Shown in pieces: positions 48,887 through 59,649 of a stretch of 64,000 bases of DNA (position 1 is its first letter; the number at the start of each line of letters is the position of its first letter). Origin of the DNA: an uncultured Clostridium sp. Lineage in GTDB: Bacteria > Bacillota > Clostridia > TANB77 > CAG-508. Below the pieces are notes generated by a model. That model was not told where the DNA came from and ran no database searches. It was given only the letters and a program-made list of their open reading frames with translations. The DNA lies in assembly GCA_948473335.1 (NCBI GenBank), contig CAOKXF010000001.1, positions 137,379 to 201,378 on the forward strand. The letters are read 5' to 3'. The position numbers and the translations under genes are program-made.

Positions 48887-49483
48887 ATGAATCTACCAAA
48901 TAAATTAACAATGTTTAGAATAATATTAGTACCAATAATGGTTATAATACCATTTTTAAACACACAAGGAACGCTTTTTAATATACCATATGAATATATA
49001 ATAATAAATATAATTTTTATAATAGCATCAATAACAGATCAATTAGATGGTCATATAGCACGTTCAAAAAATCAGATAACAACATTTGGGAAATTTGCAG
49101 ATCCCTTAGCTGATAAAATATTGGTATTAGCAGCTATGATGATACTAGTAGAATATAATAAATTGCCAGCTTGGATTCCTATATTAATATTAGCTAGAGA
49201 ATTTATTGTATCAGGATATAGACTAGTGGCAGTAGAGCAAGGTGGAAAAGTAATTGCCGCTTCTATCTGGGGTAAATTAAAAACAGTTACTCAAATGATA
49301 GCTATAATAATAGCATTTATCGATATTAATGCTTTTGGAGCTTGCTTTTCTGGAGAATTAACAGGATTACAACTTATTATTAATATTGCGCAAACATTAA
49401 TGATGATTATATGTGTAATTGCTACTGTTTTTTCTGGTTATGATTATTTAAAGAGTGGAAAGGAATTATTTAAATTAAAGTAA
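48887..49483 (+). CDS. pgsA: CDP-diacylglycerol--glycerol-3-phosphate 3-phosphatidyltransferase
   Basis: CDP-alcohol phosphatidyltransferase motif DQLDGHIAR...GKFADPLADKIL. Start set at MNLPNK after a GGAGGA SD. Confidence 0.85.
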   Translation: MNLPNKLTMFRIILVPIMVIIPFLNTQGTLFNIPYEYIIINIIFIIASITDQLDGHIARSKNQITTFGKFADPLADKILVLAAMMILVEYNKLPAWIPILILAREFIVSGYRLVAVEQGGKVIAASIWGKLKTVTQMIAIIIAFIDINAFGACFSGELTGLQLIINIAQTLMMIICVIATVFSGYDYLKSGKELFKLK

Positions 49484-49510
49484 AGAAGTATAATATTATA
49501 TGCATATAGC

Positions 49511-49569
49511 AAAATTCAACTTTTATCAAAAAATGTATTTACTACATTTTTTGATAAAAGTTGAATTTT
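49511..49569. terminator. Perfect 27-bp-arm palindrome (5-nt loop), a bidirectional terminator between the convergent pgsA and sigK genes
   Basis: aaaattcaacttttatcaaaaaatgta (49511-49537) is exactly the reverse complement of 49543-49569. A/T runs flank it on both strands. Confidence 0.75.
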
Positions 49570-49585
49570 TGTTATGATTATATAA

Positions 49586-50287
49586 TTATTCTTTTATTTC
49601 TTTTGCTAATTTTCCAATAGCTTTAGTCTCAATTCTAGAAACATAGGAACGAGAAATACCAATCATATCCGCAATTTCATTTTGAGTCTTTGGTTTATGA
49701 CCATAGAGTCCAAAACGTAATTCTATAATAGTTCTTTCTCTATCTTTAAGAACAGTCTTAATTTTTTCATATAATTTCTTAGTTTTCATCTTCAAATCAA
49801 TAACATCCTCAACACTACGATCATCATTCTCAAGAACTTCTTGCAATGTAACAACATTATCATCTTTATCTTTTCCTATAGGTTCATTCAAAAAAACTTC
49901 TGCACCTAATTTTTTAGTTGCTCTAAGGTACATTAAAATTTCATTATCGATACATCTAGAAATATATGTAGAAAGTCTAGAACCTTTATCTATGTTAAAA
50001 CTATTTATTCCTTTAATTAATCCTATTGTTCCGATAGAAATCAAATCATCTTGATCTACATTTGAATTAGAATATTTCTTTGCAACATGAGCAACAAGTC
50101 TCAAATTTCTCTCAATTAATATATTCCTTGCTTCATCATCTCCAGCCTTTAGTTTTTCTAGATAAATTTTTTCATCTTCTGCATTTAAAGGTTCTAAAAA
50201 CAAGCTATTTCCTGAAATATATCCAACTGCAAATATAGCTGTTTTTATAAAGCCAAAAAAACCTGCTATGCTTAATGACGCTAACAT
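49586..50287 (-). CDS. sigK: Sporulation sigma factor pro-sigma-K. Pro-sigma-E is a less likely alternative
   Basis: Hydrophobic N-terminal pro-sequence. Region 2 RNLRLVAHVAKKY and region 4.2 GISRSYVSRIE match SigK better than SigE. The gene is stand-alone and not in a spoIIGA-sigE-sigG cluster. Start set at MLASLS after a GGAGGTG SD. Confidence 0.6.
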   Translation of the reverse strand: MLASLSIAGFFGFIKTAIFAVGYISGNSLFLEPLNAEDEKIYLEKLKAGDDEARNILIERNLRLVAHVAKKYSNSNVDQDDLISIGTIGLIKGINSFNIDKGSRLSTYISRCIDNEILMYLRATKKLGAEVFLNEPIGKDKDDNVVTLQEVLENDDRSVEDVIDLKMKTKKLYEKIKTVLKDRERTIIELRFGLYGHKPKTQNEIADMIGISRSYVSRIETKAIGKLAKEIKE

Positions 50288-50518
50288 AAATGCACCTCCA
50301 AATTCACACTCATACATTAATTATATGAATTGTAATTTTAAAAGTGCCTGACCCCAAAAATATTTTAGAATATTTATATTTTAGTAAAAATGAAATAGGT
50401 GAGAAACAGTAAAACGAGTAAAGATATAATATAAGAAAAAACTACCAAATATAAATATTGCAATTTAAAGTGAAATATAGTAAAATAGAAATGAAGAAAA
50501 AGAAAAGGGGAAATAACA

Positions 50519-51673
50519 ATGGAAGAAGAAAAAAAAGTAACTACAGATAAAAAAATAAGAACAAATAAAAATAGAAGAACAAAAATGAATAACCAAATGA
50601 AAAAGAAAGCAATAATATTAACAACAGCAACGACAATGCTAATATTAATAATTGCGATAATAATAGGAGTAGTATCAAGGATAACAAACCAAACATCTAC
50701 AAATGTAGGAAAACAAAATAATGATATTTCTCAAAATGATGAAAACAATACACAAATAGGAAATCCAGAAGAAAAGGACAAGCCAGAAGAACAAGAAAAC
50801 AATAATCCAGAAGAAGGAAAGAATCCTACAGAAGAGCAACCACAACAACCAAATCAAAGTGCGGAGACAACAGAACCACAAGAAAAGAAAACTGGTAAAG
50901 AGAAATATTACATAAAAGTAAATAACCAAGCAAATGTAGTAACAATATATAAAAAAGATGCTGATGGATATTATACAATACCATGTAAAGCAATGGTATG
51001 CTCAATAGGAACTGCAACACCAGAAAGTGGAGTATATAAAACATCAGATAAATATACATGGAGAAAACTATTCGGGCATACAGAAGGAACATATGTATAT
51101 GGACAATACGCAACAAGAATAGTAAAAAGTATATTATTCCATTCAGTACCATACCAAAATCCAAATGACCCATCATCATTAGAATATTGGGAATATGATA
51201 AGCTAGGGACAAAGGCATCAGCAGGTTGCATAAGATTAACGGTACAAGATGCAAAATGGATATATGATAACTGTGCAAAAGGAACACAAGTCGAATTTTA
51301 TTCAAGTGCAGATCCAGGACCATTAGGAAAACCAACAGCACAGAAAATATCAAATGAAGCAAGTTATGTAAGAGGTTGGGACCCAACAGACCCAAGCGGA
51401 AGTAACCCATGGAAAACATATACAGGAAATCAACAAAATGAGCAACAACCAACAATCATAGACAATGGTAATACAAATCAAAGTAATAATAATTTAAATG
51501 GAAATAATAATACAACAGAAAGTGAAAATCCCACGAATCCAAGTGGAGGAGGAAGTGAAATAGTACAGCAACCAGACCAAACAACAATACCATCAGGAGG
51601 AAATGGAGAAAATGAACTGCCAGAAAATAAGGAAGATGATGTTATAACAACTCCAACAACAACTTCAGAATAA
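50519..51673 (+). CDS. L,D-transpeptidase (YkuD family) with an N-terminal TM anchor and low-complexity Q/P/E/N-rich linkers
   Basis: Catalytic core HTEGTYVYGQYATR...SAGCIRL carries the His/Cys motif of LDTs. Confidence 0.75.
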   Translation: MEEEKKVTTDKKIRTNKNRRTKMNNQMKKKAIILTTATTMLILIIAIIIGVVSRITNQTSTNVGKQNNDISQNDENNTQIGNPEEKDKPEEQENNNPEEGKNPTEEQPQQPNQSAETTEPQEKKTGKEKYYIKVNNQANVVTIYKKDADGYYTIPCKAMVCSIGTATPESGVYKTSDKYTWRKLFGHTEGTYVYGQYATRIVKSILFHSVPYQNPNDPSSLEYWEYDKLGTKASAGCIRLTVQDAKWIYDNCAKGTQVEFYSSADPGPLGKPTAQKISNEASYVRGWDPTDPSGSNPWKTYTGNQQNEQQPTIIDNGNTNQSNNNLNGNNNTTESENPTNPSGGGSEIVQQPDQTTIPSGGNGENELPENKEDDVITTPTTTSE

Positions 51674-51700
51674 AACAAACAAGGAGAAATCTGTAATAAA

Positions 51701-52960
51701 ATGGAAGAAAAAGAGATTGCAAATAAAATAAAAGCAGCAGGAGGAGAATTATATTTAGTAGGAGGAGCTGTAAGAGACAGTATAATAGATAAGCCCAATT
51801 ATGATAAAGATTATTGCGTTGTAGGAATAACAGCTGAAAAATTCAAGAAACTTTTTCCAAACAGTTATACAAGAGGAAAAAGTTTTGAAGTATTTGATAT
51901 AGATGGAAAAGAATTTGCAATGGCACGAACGGAAACAAAAATAGGTAGTGGTCATAAAGAATTTAAAATAAAAACAGGAAAAGATATAACAATAATAGAT
52001 GATTTAGCACGAAGAGATATAACAATAAATTCAATAGCACAAAATGTATTGACACAAGAAATGATAGATCCATTTAATGGAATTCAAGATATAAAAAATA
52101 AAATAATAAAAGCAACAACGCAAGCATTTAAAGAAGATCCATTAAGAGTATATAGAGTAGCTAGATTTGCAGCAATATTAAATTTTAGAGTAGAAGAAAA
52201 TACAATAGAATTGATGAGACAATTAAAACCAGAATTAATGTTTTTATCAAAAGAAAGAGTTTTTGTAGAATTTGCTAAGGCATTGAAATCAGAAAAACCA
52301 TCAATATTTTTTGATGTATTAAAAGAAGCTAATGTACTTGAAGTACATTTTAAAGAAGTAAAAAATTTAATCGGAGCATTACAACCAGAAAAATTTCATC
52401 CAGAAGGGGATGCGTATATTCACACAATGATGGTATTAGATTATGTAGCAAAACAAACAAATAAATTAGAAATAAGATATTCAGCATTAGTACATGATTT
52501 GGGAAAGGGGATAACACCAAAAGAAGAATATCCTCATCATTATAATCACGAAATAAATGGAGTGGAAGTAGTAAAACAATTTTCTAATAGAATAGGAGTA
52601 CCTACAATATGGGAGAAATGTGGTAAGACAGCTTGTAGAGAACATATGAGAGGAGGAATATTCCATAAAATGAAACCTTCTAAGAAGGTAGACTTTATAG
52701 AACGAGTATCAAAATCACAATTAGGATTAGAAGGATTACAAAGAGTAGTGAATTCTGATAGATTAAGCTCAAAAAATATAGATGAAGGAAGAATAGACTT
52801 TAAAGATATTGGAGAGAAATGTTTATATGAAATTAATGGAAAATATATACAGGATAAATTTAATATAAAACAGGGAATTGAATTTGGAAATAAGTTGCGA
52901 GAAGAAAGAATAAAATGGATGAAAGACAATAGTGAGAATAAAATAGATAAAAGAAAATAG
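51701..52960 (+). CDS. cca: CCA-adding tRNA nucleotidyltransferase (PolyA_pol head plus HD domain)
   Basis: GGAVRD nucleotidyltransferase motif and the RRDITIN and HD-domain (HDLGK) motifs. Confidence 0.8.
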   Translation: MEEKEIANKIKAAGGELYLVGGAVRDSIIDKPNYDKDYCVVGITAEKFKKLFPNSYTRGKSFEVFDIDGKEFAMARTETKIGSGHKEFKIKTGKDITIIDDLARRDITINSIAQNVLTQEMIDPFNGIQDIKNKIIKATTQAFKEDPLRVYRVARFAAILNFRVEENTIELMRQLKPELMFLSKERVFVEFAKALKSEKPSIFFDVLKEANVLEVHFKEVKNLIGALQPEKFHPEGDAYIHTMMVLDYVAKQTNKLEIRYSALVHDLGKGITPKEEYPHHYNHEINGVEVVKQFSNRIGVPTIWEKCGKTACREHMRGGIFHKMKPSKKVDFIERVSKSQLGLEGLQRVVNSDRLSSKNIDEGRIDFKDIGEKCLYEINGKYIQDKFNIKQGIEFGNKLREERIKWMKDNSENKIDKRK

Positions 52961-52964
52961 TGAT

Positions 52965-53017
52965 AATAAAAGTGGACATTTGCGAAAATAGATATTTTGT
53001 AAGTGCCCACTTTTATT
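52965..53017. terminator. Bidirectional terminator between cca and the convergent U32 peptidase gene
   Basis: aaaagtgg...ccacttttatt stem with an internal bulge. Confidence 0.55.
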
Positions 53018-53021
53018 AAAT

Positions 53022-55440
53022 TTATATAGTTCTATTTATATTTCCATTAGTATAATGTTTACCCTCAAATCTATTACCAGATAAAACAATTTTAATAATA
53101 TCATTTATTTCAGAAATGGATTCATCTAAAATATCTATTCTTGCAAAGTCACAAGTGATAGTATTAGTTGAAATAGAAGTAGTTTTACTATTATAAATTG
53201 TAGTAACAGTATCAATATTATCAGGAATAAATCTAAAAGAAATACCAAATCTATCTTTCAAAAAGTATTTATTTCCTAAAAGACATTTTTTACTACAAGA
53301 TTTGTAGCATTTATTACTATTTCCAAGAAGGCAATAATTGCAAGTCATAATTGGAATATTACCATAAAATATGAATTCTGATAATTTATTAGGAACTCTG
53401 ATATTTAATAATTCATTCTGAGCAAGTTCAGGAGAAAGAGTAACAGTTGAGACTTCCAAATTTTTAGCAGTTTCATTATTGTACAAATTCATAGTATAGT
53501 TACTAATTAAATCATAAGATTTATAGTCATCTAGCAGTTCAAATTGACCAATATTAGAAATAACAAAGCCTTTAATTTTAAAGTTACTTATTATATTATC
53601 AATATGTTTTTTAAATAAATTCAAATAGTTGTTTCTCATAACACAAGGCATGTAAATATATAAGTTTGCCTTTTTGGAAATAGTTTCTAGTGAAGTATGA
53701 TATTTATTATTTAGAAAATATTTTAAAGGCACATAAATTCTATCTATATCATTAGTAAGTAAAGAGTAATCAAATGAAGAGTGTATTACATTTAATAGTA
53801 AAGATATCTTCTTTGAAGACATGGTAGTTGATGAGATTTCGTCATATTTTGGAAATTTAAAGTCAAATTTTTTATCAAAGTGATTTTTAAATTTTGATAA
53901 AATAGTATTTTCATATTTATATAATATTTGCCTTCGAAGTTCATTTAATGCGCCAATACTAGGTAAATATAAGTTTTTTCCTAAATTTATATCTACTATA
54001 TCAAAAGAAAATGGAGTATTATTTGTTTTAGATAATTGCATTTCTATGCGTTCTTTAGTTATAGGAGCAGATATTGCTTTAATTGGGATAATATCAGAAA
54101 CAATAGAAACAGTATTTTCTAAATTATCTGATACTTTAATAGTAATAGGAGTATTTTCCTGTATGGAAATAGAACATTTTAGATACTTTTTACGTAATTC
54201 TTGTCCAGAGTATGTAGGTTTACATATGTCAGATAGTTGTTTACTAAAAATTTTATAAATCCTATCTCCAACTTTGATATTTCCTTTCATTCGACCAATC
54301 TTAACGGAAGAACCAGATTCAGCAATAGACAAATTCTGATTTTTTAACATTAATTCGGACACAGTATAAATTGCATCTTCTTCAGATGTAGATATTGAAA
54401 TTTTATCTCCAATTGCTAGGGAATCTTTTAAGTTCAGAGTAATATGTCCTTTATTACTATTGAAAGTAGTAACAGTTCCTATAAATATTCCGAATGTTGT
54501 TAGGTTTATCTTTGAAAATAAGGTTTCGATTTTCTTTACTAGAAAGATGACCATTAGTAAAATTTCCACGATTATATGCTTGCATTAAATCATGAATATC
54601 TCGTTTATCAATTTTAATTGAATCTTGTTGTATAGAAAAGTTATTATTAGCATTTAAAATGATATCAATATATTTTCGATAGGTTTTTGTAACAGTTGCA
54701 ACATAATCAGGTGTTTTCATCCTTCCTTCAATTTTTAAACAAGATACACCAGCTTCTATTAAATCTGGTAAATATTCTAATCCACATAAATCACGAGGAC
54801 TAAGTAAATATCCTTTATTTAATTCTTTGTTATTTTCTAGTAATGTATATGGGAGTCTACAAGGTTGTGCACAACGTCCTCGATTTCCAGAACGACCACC
54901 AACTATACTAGAAAATAGGCACTGACCAGAATATGAAATACATAATGCACCATGTATGAAACATTCAATTTCAATATTTGTATTTTTACAGATATTTTCT
55001 ATTTCTTCTATTGATAATTCACGTGAAAGTACAACTCTTTTAAAGCCTAGTTTTTCTAATTTTTTTACTCCTTCTAGATTATGTACTGACATTTGTGTAC
55101 TTGCATGAATTGCTAAATTTGGAAAGTTTTTAATAAGCAATGTTGCAAGACCTAAATCTTGTACTATTATTGCATCTATTCCAAATTCATATGCTTTTTT
55201 TGCCAATTCAAAGGCATCATTTAATTCATTATTTTTTATTAAAATGTTCAAAGTTAAATTGGTCTTTACTCCACGTAGTTTTGCATAGTTTATAGCCAAT
55301 TCTAAATTTTCTAAATCAAAATTTTTAGCAGATGCTCTTGCACTAAACATATTTGCTCCAAAATATACACTATCTGCTCCATTTTGAACTGCAGCCTTTA
55401 GACATTCAAAATCACCGACTGGTGCTAATAATTCTATCAT
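53022..55440 (-). pseudogene. U32-family peptidase (collagenase-like/PrtC-like, with C-terminal DUF3656 domain) interrupted by a frameshift near 54490-54501
   Basis: Two overlapping minus-strand ORFs in different frames: 54457-55440 is the U32 catalytic N-terminal part and 53022-54569 is the C-terminal part. Together they match a single ~800-aa U32 protein. The frame switch falls within aaacctaacaacattcggaatattt, reading KPNN|FGIFIG. Confidence 0.5.
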
Positions 55441-55670
55441 ATTTTAAAAACTCCTTAGTCTGTGTAGCAAAAGCGAAACTTTTCTACACATTTGTGCATC
55501 GAAATTTTGATTTTGCAGATGCACACTTTTCTTATATGATTGAATTATACAATAAAATTATGTAAATAGCAATAAATAGATTTTATTTTTACAATTGCAT
55601 AAAGTAGTATTATGAGATTTTTATAGTTTTAAAGATATCATTAAGTATATGTGTTCTTTTTAAAGTGTGT

Positions 55671-55714
55671 CTAGTTTAATAATAGGTGCATATCTGCGCT
55701 TATTAGTAAACTAG
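55671..55714. repeat. Dispersed palindromic element, copy 5 (ctagtttaataataGGTGCatatctGCGCttattagtaaactag)
   Basis: Same architecture and core as the copies at 30209, 30330 and 42846. It lies in the spacer between the divergent U32 and rsgA genes. Confidence 0.8.
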
Positions 55715-55936
55715 TTGAAATAAAAGGAAAAATATAAAAAAGAAAGGAAAGAAGAGAGAAGCAATATAGATATAACAAAAAACAAATTCATAATATATCC
55801 AATTAGATAAAATAATAAAATGAACCTAAAAAACTTGAAAATAAAAAAAATAAATGATAAGATACACAAAGAAAAGAGAAATATACATTTACAAAACTAA
55901 TTTACTAACAAAAAAACCTTGAAAGGAAACAAAATA

Positions 55937-56815
55937 GTGCAAGGAGTAATAATAGGAAATATAGCAAATTTATATAAAATAAAATCAGAAAATAAAATAT
56001 ATGAAGCAGTCGCAAGAGGAAAGCTAAAAAAACAAGAAATTATACCAGTGGTTGGAGACAAAGTTGAAATAAAAATAATAGACAAAGACAATTCAAAAGT
56101 TACTATAGAAGAGATAAAACCAAGAATGACATATATAAAAAGACCTAAGATAGCAAATGTAACACAAATAATATTAATGATATCAACAAAAGAACCAAAA
56201 CCAGATTTGCTCATGTTAGACAAACAGATAGTGTATGCAGAATTATTAAAAATAGAGCCAATAATAATTATTAACAAAATAGATTTAGATGAAGAGATAT
56301 CAAAAAAAATAGAAAATATCTATAAAAAGATAGGATATAAGGTATATACAACAATAGCAAAAGAAAACGAAACAGTAGAAAATATAAAAAAAGAACTTAA
56401 AAATAAAATAAGTGTATTTGCTGGAAATTCAGGAGTAGGAAAGTCGACAACAATAAATACACTATTCAAAAATAATATAACTGAAGAAGGGGAAATAAGC
56501 AATAAAAACAAAAGAGGAAAAAACACAACAACAGATGTGAAATTATATGAATTAGAAGAAAATACATATATAGCTGACACTCCAGGATTTTCAACATTTG
56601 AAATAACAGAAATAGAAAGCAATGAATTAGACAAATATTTCAAAGAATTTAGACCAGAAATACCAAAATGTGAATATGTAGGTTGTACACACATTAAAGA
56701 AAAAAATTGTGCGATAAAAAAGGCAGTAGAGCAAGGAAAAATTGAAAAAGAAAGATATGACAGATTTTGTAAAATATATCAAGAATTAAAAGATAAGGAG
56801 GCACGAAAATGGTAG
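55937..56815 (+). CDS. rsgA: Ribosome small-subunit-dependent GTPase A (YjeQ/CpgA)
   Basis: OB-fold N-terminus, circularly permuted GTPase motifs (NKIDL...; GNSGVGKSTTIN) and a C-terminal zinc finger CEYVGCTHIKEKNC. GTG start after a GAAAGGAAA SD. Confidence 0.85.
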   Translation: MQGVIIGNIANLYKIKSENKIYEAVARGKLKKQEIIPVVGDKVEIKIIDKDNSKVTIEEIKPRMTYIKRPKIANVTQIILMISTKEPKPDLLMLDKQIVYAELLKIEPIIIINKIDLDEEISKKIENIYKKIGYKVYTTIAKENETVENIKKELKNKISVFAGNSGVGKSTTINTLFKNNITEEGEISNKNKRGKNTTTDVKLYELEENTYIADTPGFSTFEITEIESNELDKYFKEFRPEIPKCEYVGCTHIKEKNCAIKKAVEQGKIEKERYDRFCKIYQELKDKEARKW

Positions 56816-57471
56816 AAATATCAACATCAATATTATCATTAAAACAAGGAGAAGAAGCAGAAACCTTTTTAAATTTAGAAATAGCAAAAACAGATTATAT
56901 TCATATAGATGTAATGGATGGCAAATTTGTACAAAGAGATACGTATAATAAAATGAGAGAAAATGCAGAATATATAAGAAGATTAACTAATTTGCCATTA
57001 GATATACATTTAATGGTAGAAGATATAGAAACAGCGATAAATGTATTTGAAGTAGTAGAGCCCAATGTAATTACATTTCACATAGAAGCATGTAAAAATG
57101 AAGAAGAAGTAATGAAAAATATAAATTTAATAAAAGAAGCACATGCAAGAGTGGGAATATCTGTAAAACCAAATACACCAGTAGAAGAAATATACAAATA
57201 TTTACCATATATACATATGGTATTAATAATGACAGTAGAGCCAGGTAAAGGAGGTCAAACTCTAATAACTGATATGATTCAAAAAATAGAAAAATTGAAA
57301 AAATATATAGAAAAAGAAAAATTAGAGATAGACATAGAAGTAGATGGAGGAATAAATTTAGTAACTGCACCAAAAGTAAAAGAAGCAGGAGCAAATATAT
57401 TAGTAGCAGGTGTTGCAATACTAGAAGCAATAGACTACAAAGTAATAATAGATGATTTAAGACGAGATTAA
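56809..57471 (+). CDS. rpe: Ribulose-phosphate 3-epimerase
   Basis: SILS...HIDVMDGKFV...DIHLMV...VDGGIN are the Rpe signatures. Confidence 0.9.
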   Translation: MVEISTSILSLKQGEEAETFLNLEIAKTDYIHIDVMDGKFVQRDTYNKMRENAEYIRRLTNLPLDIHLMVEDIETAINVFEVVEPNVITFHIEACKNEEEVMKNINLIKEAHARVGISVKPNTPVEEIYKYLPYIHMVLIMTVEPGKGGQTLITDMIQKIEKLKKYIEKEKLEIDIEVDGGINLVTAPKVKEAGANILVAGVAILEAIDYKVIIDDLRRD

Positions 57472-57504
57472 GAGAAAAAATAATAAAGATATAGGAGGAA
57501 CAAA

Positions 57505-58812
57505 ATGTTAGAAGTAAAATTAAACTTAGAAAATACGAAAATAAAAACAAAAGATATATTAGAATATAAAAATCAGATAGAAAAATATCATAATGAATTA
57601 AAAGCAAGAGCTTTAGATTATAACGATTATGTAGGATGGTTAGAACTACCAACAAATTATAGTAAAATAGAATTTAAAAAAATAAAACAAGCAGCAAAAA
57701 GAATAAGCGAAGATTCAGATATATTATTAGTAATAGGAATAGGTGGATCATATTTAGGAGCTAGAGCAGTAATAGAAGCACTAACAAGTTCATTCGATAA
57801 TATGTTACAAGAAAGAAAACACCCATACATACTATATGTGGGTAACAACTTAAGTCCAAATTATATAAATGAATTAGTAGAAGCTATTGGAAACAAAGAT
57901 TTTTCAATAAATGTAATATCAAAATCAGGAACAACAACAGAACCAGCAATAGCTTTTAGAATTTTTAGAGAAATATTGGAAAGTAAATATGGAATAGAAG
58001 AAGCAAGAAGTAGGATATATGTAACAACAGATGAAAAAAAGGGAGCATTAAAAAAACTAGCAAGTCAAGAAGGATATGAACAATTTATAATACCAGATAA
58101 TATAGGAGGGAGATTTTCAGTATTAACAGCAGTAGGATTATTACCAATAGCTACGGCAGGAATAGACATAGATAAATTAATGGAAGGGGCACGTTTAGCA
58201 CAAGTAAGATATAATGATAATAATGTAAAATATAATGAATGTTATCAATATGCAGTAGCAAGAAATATATTATACAAATCAAACAAGACAACAGAAATAT
58301 TAGTAAACTATGAACCAAAGATGCATTATTTCACAGAATGGTGGAAACAATTATATGGAGAAAGTGAAGGAAAAGATAAAAAAGGAATTTTTCCTGCAGG
58401 AGTTGACTTCACAACAGATTTACATTCTATGGGACAATACATTCAAGATGGAAGAAGAGATTTATTTGAAACAGTAATAAGGATAGAAAATCCAAAAACA
58501 AACATAAAAATAAATACAGATGATGATAACTTAGATGGATTAAACTATTTATCAGGAAAAGACTTAGATTTTGTAAATAAAAAAGCAATGGAGGGAACAA
58601 TACAAGCACATGTTACAGGTGATGTTCCAAATATCTTAATCAGTATAGAAAAATTGGATGAAGAAACAATAGGACATTTAATATACTTTTTTGAAAAGGC
58701 ATGTGCAATATCAGGAATGATATTAGAAGTAAATCCATTTAATCAACCAGGAGTAGAAGAATATAAGAAAAATATGTTTAAACTATTAGGAAAACCAGGA
58801 TATGAAAAATAG
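57505..58812 (+). CDS. pgi: Glucose-6-phosphate isomerase
   Basis: [12 protein letters not shown], the SKSGTTTE motif, [12 protein letters not shown], and Firmicutes-type length of ~435 aa. Confidence 0.9.
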   Translation: MLEVKLNLENTKIKTKDILEYKNQIEKYHNELKARALDYNDYVGWLELPTNYSKIEFKKIKQAAKRISEDSDILLVIGIGGSYLGARAVIEALTSSFDNMLQERKHPYILYVGNNLSPNYINELVEAIGNKDFSINVISKSGTTTEPAIAFRIFREILESKYGIEEARSRIYVTTDEKKGALKKLASQEGYEQFIIPDNIGGRFSVLTAVGLLPIATAGIDIDKLMEGARLAQVRYNDNNVKYNECYQYAVARNILYKSNKTTEILVNYEPKMHYFTEWWKQLYGESEGKDKKGIFPAGVDFTTDLHSMGQYIQDGRRDLFETVIRIENPKTNIKINTDDDNLDGLNYLSGKDLDFVNKKAMEGTIQAHVTGDVPNILISIEKLDEETIGHLIYFFEKACAISGMILEVNPFNQPGVEEYKKNMFKLLGKPGYEK

Positions 58813-58856
58813 TATATAAATCTAAAAATTAAAGGAACAACATATAGAGGTGAAAT

Positions 58857-59582
58857 ATGATATTTGAAAGTAATTACAAAATTGATATAGGTGATATTAC
58901 AATAGATAATAAAGTAACAAATAAAGCAATACTAAAATATATGGAAAATACAGCTTGTAGGCATTCAGATGAAGTAGGATATGGAATATTAGGAATACCA
59001 AGTACAAAAAGGGTATGGTTATTATTAGACTGGAAATTTAAAATATTACAAAGACTAAAATATGGGGAAGAGATAAATATAAAAACATGGTCAAAAGGCA
59101 TGGAAAAATGTTATGCATATCGTGATTTTGAAGTGTATAATAAGCAAGGTAAAATAGTAGCAATAGCATCTTCAAAATGGGTATTAATGGATGCAGAAAA
59201 TTTAAAAATAATTAAAGCAGATGAAACAATAAGAAGTGGTTATAAAGAAGAAATAGAAAAAAAAGTATTTGAAAAAGAAGATATAGACAGAATAAAAGAA
59301 CCAGAACAATATAAAAAAGAAATTACCTATAGAATAAGAAAAACAGATATAGATGTAAATGGACATGTACACAACTTAAATTATTTAGATATAGCATATG
59401 AAATATTACCATATAGTCTTCAGAAATGTCAGCAGTTTGAAAATGTTAGAATAACATATAAAAAGGAAATAAAGCCAAATTCTGAAATTAGAATTAAGTA
59501 TACTAAAGAGGATAATAAGGAAATAATAGTAATAAAAGACATTGAAGATATTCATGTTCATGCAATTATAGAATTGTGGTAA
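58857..59582 (+). CDS. Acyl-[acyl-carrier-protein] thioesterase (FatA/B-like hot-dog fold)
   Basis: Double hot-dog architecture. The C-terminal DIDVNGHVHNLNYL motif is typical of acyl-ACP thioesterases. Confidence 0.75.
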   Translation: MIFESNYKIDIGDITIDNKVTNKAILKYMENTACRHSDEVGYGILGIPSTKRVWLLLDWKFKILQRLKYGEEINIKTWSKGMEKCYAYRDFEVYNKQGKIVAIASSKWVLMDAENLKIIKADETIRSGYKEEIEKKVFEKEDIDRIKEPEQYKKEITYRIRKTDIDVNGHVHNLNYLDIAYEILPYSLQKCQQFENVRITYKKEIKPNSEIRIKYTKEDNKEIIVIKDIEDIHVHAIIELW

Positions 59583-59649
59583 ATAATAGATTTATTATAA
59601 AATAAAAGTAACATTAAATAGAATTATATAGCGAAAGGAGGCGAAGAAT

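Noticed and set aside
49586-50317. Checked whether sigK is interrupted by a skin-like excisable element
   Set aside because: The ORF is continuous from the pro-sequence through region 4.2, so there is no interruption in this window
50318-50518. Tried to assign a sigma-E/sigma-K-type promoter upstream of sigK from ATATT/CATACA-like motifs
   Set aside because: Candidate hexamers do not have acceptable spacing, so no promoter is reported
55353-55565. 70-aa plus-strand ORF overlapping the U32 gene start and leader
   Set aside because: It overlaps the well-supported minus-strand U32 start, has no SD and is low complexity
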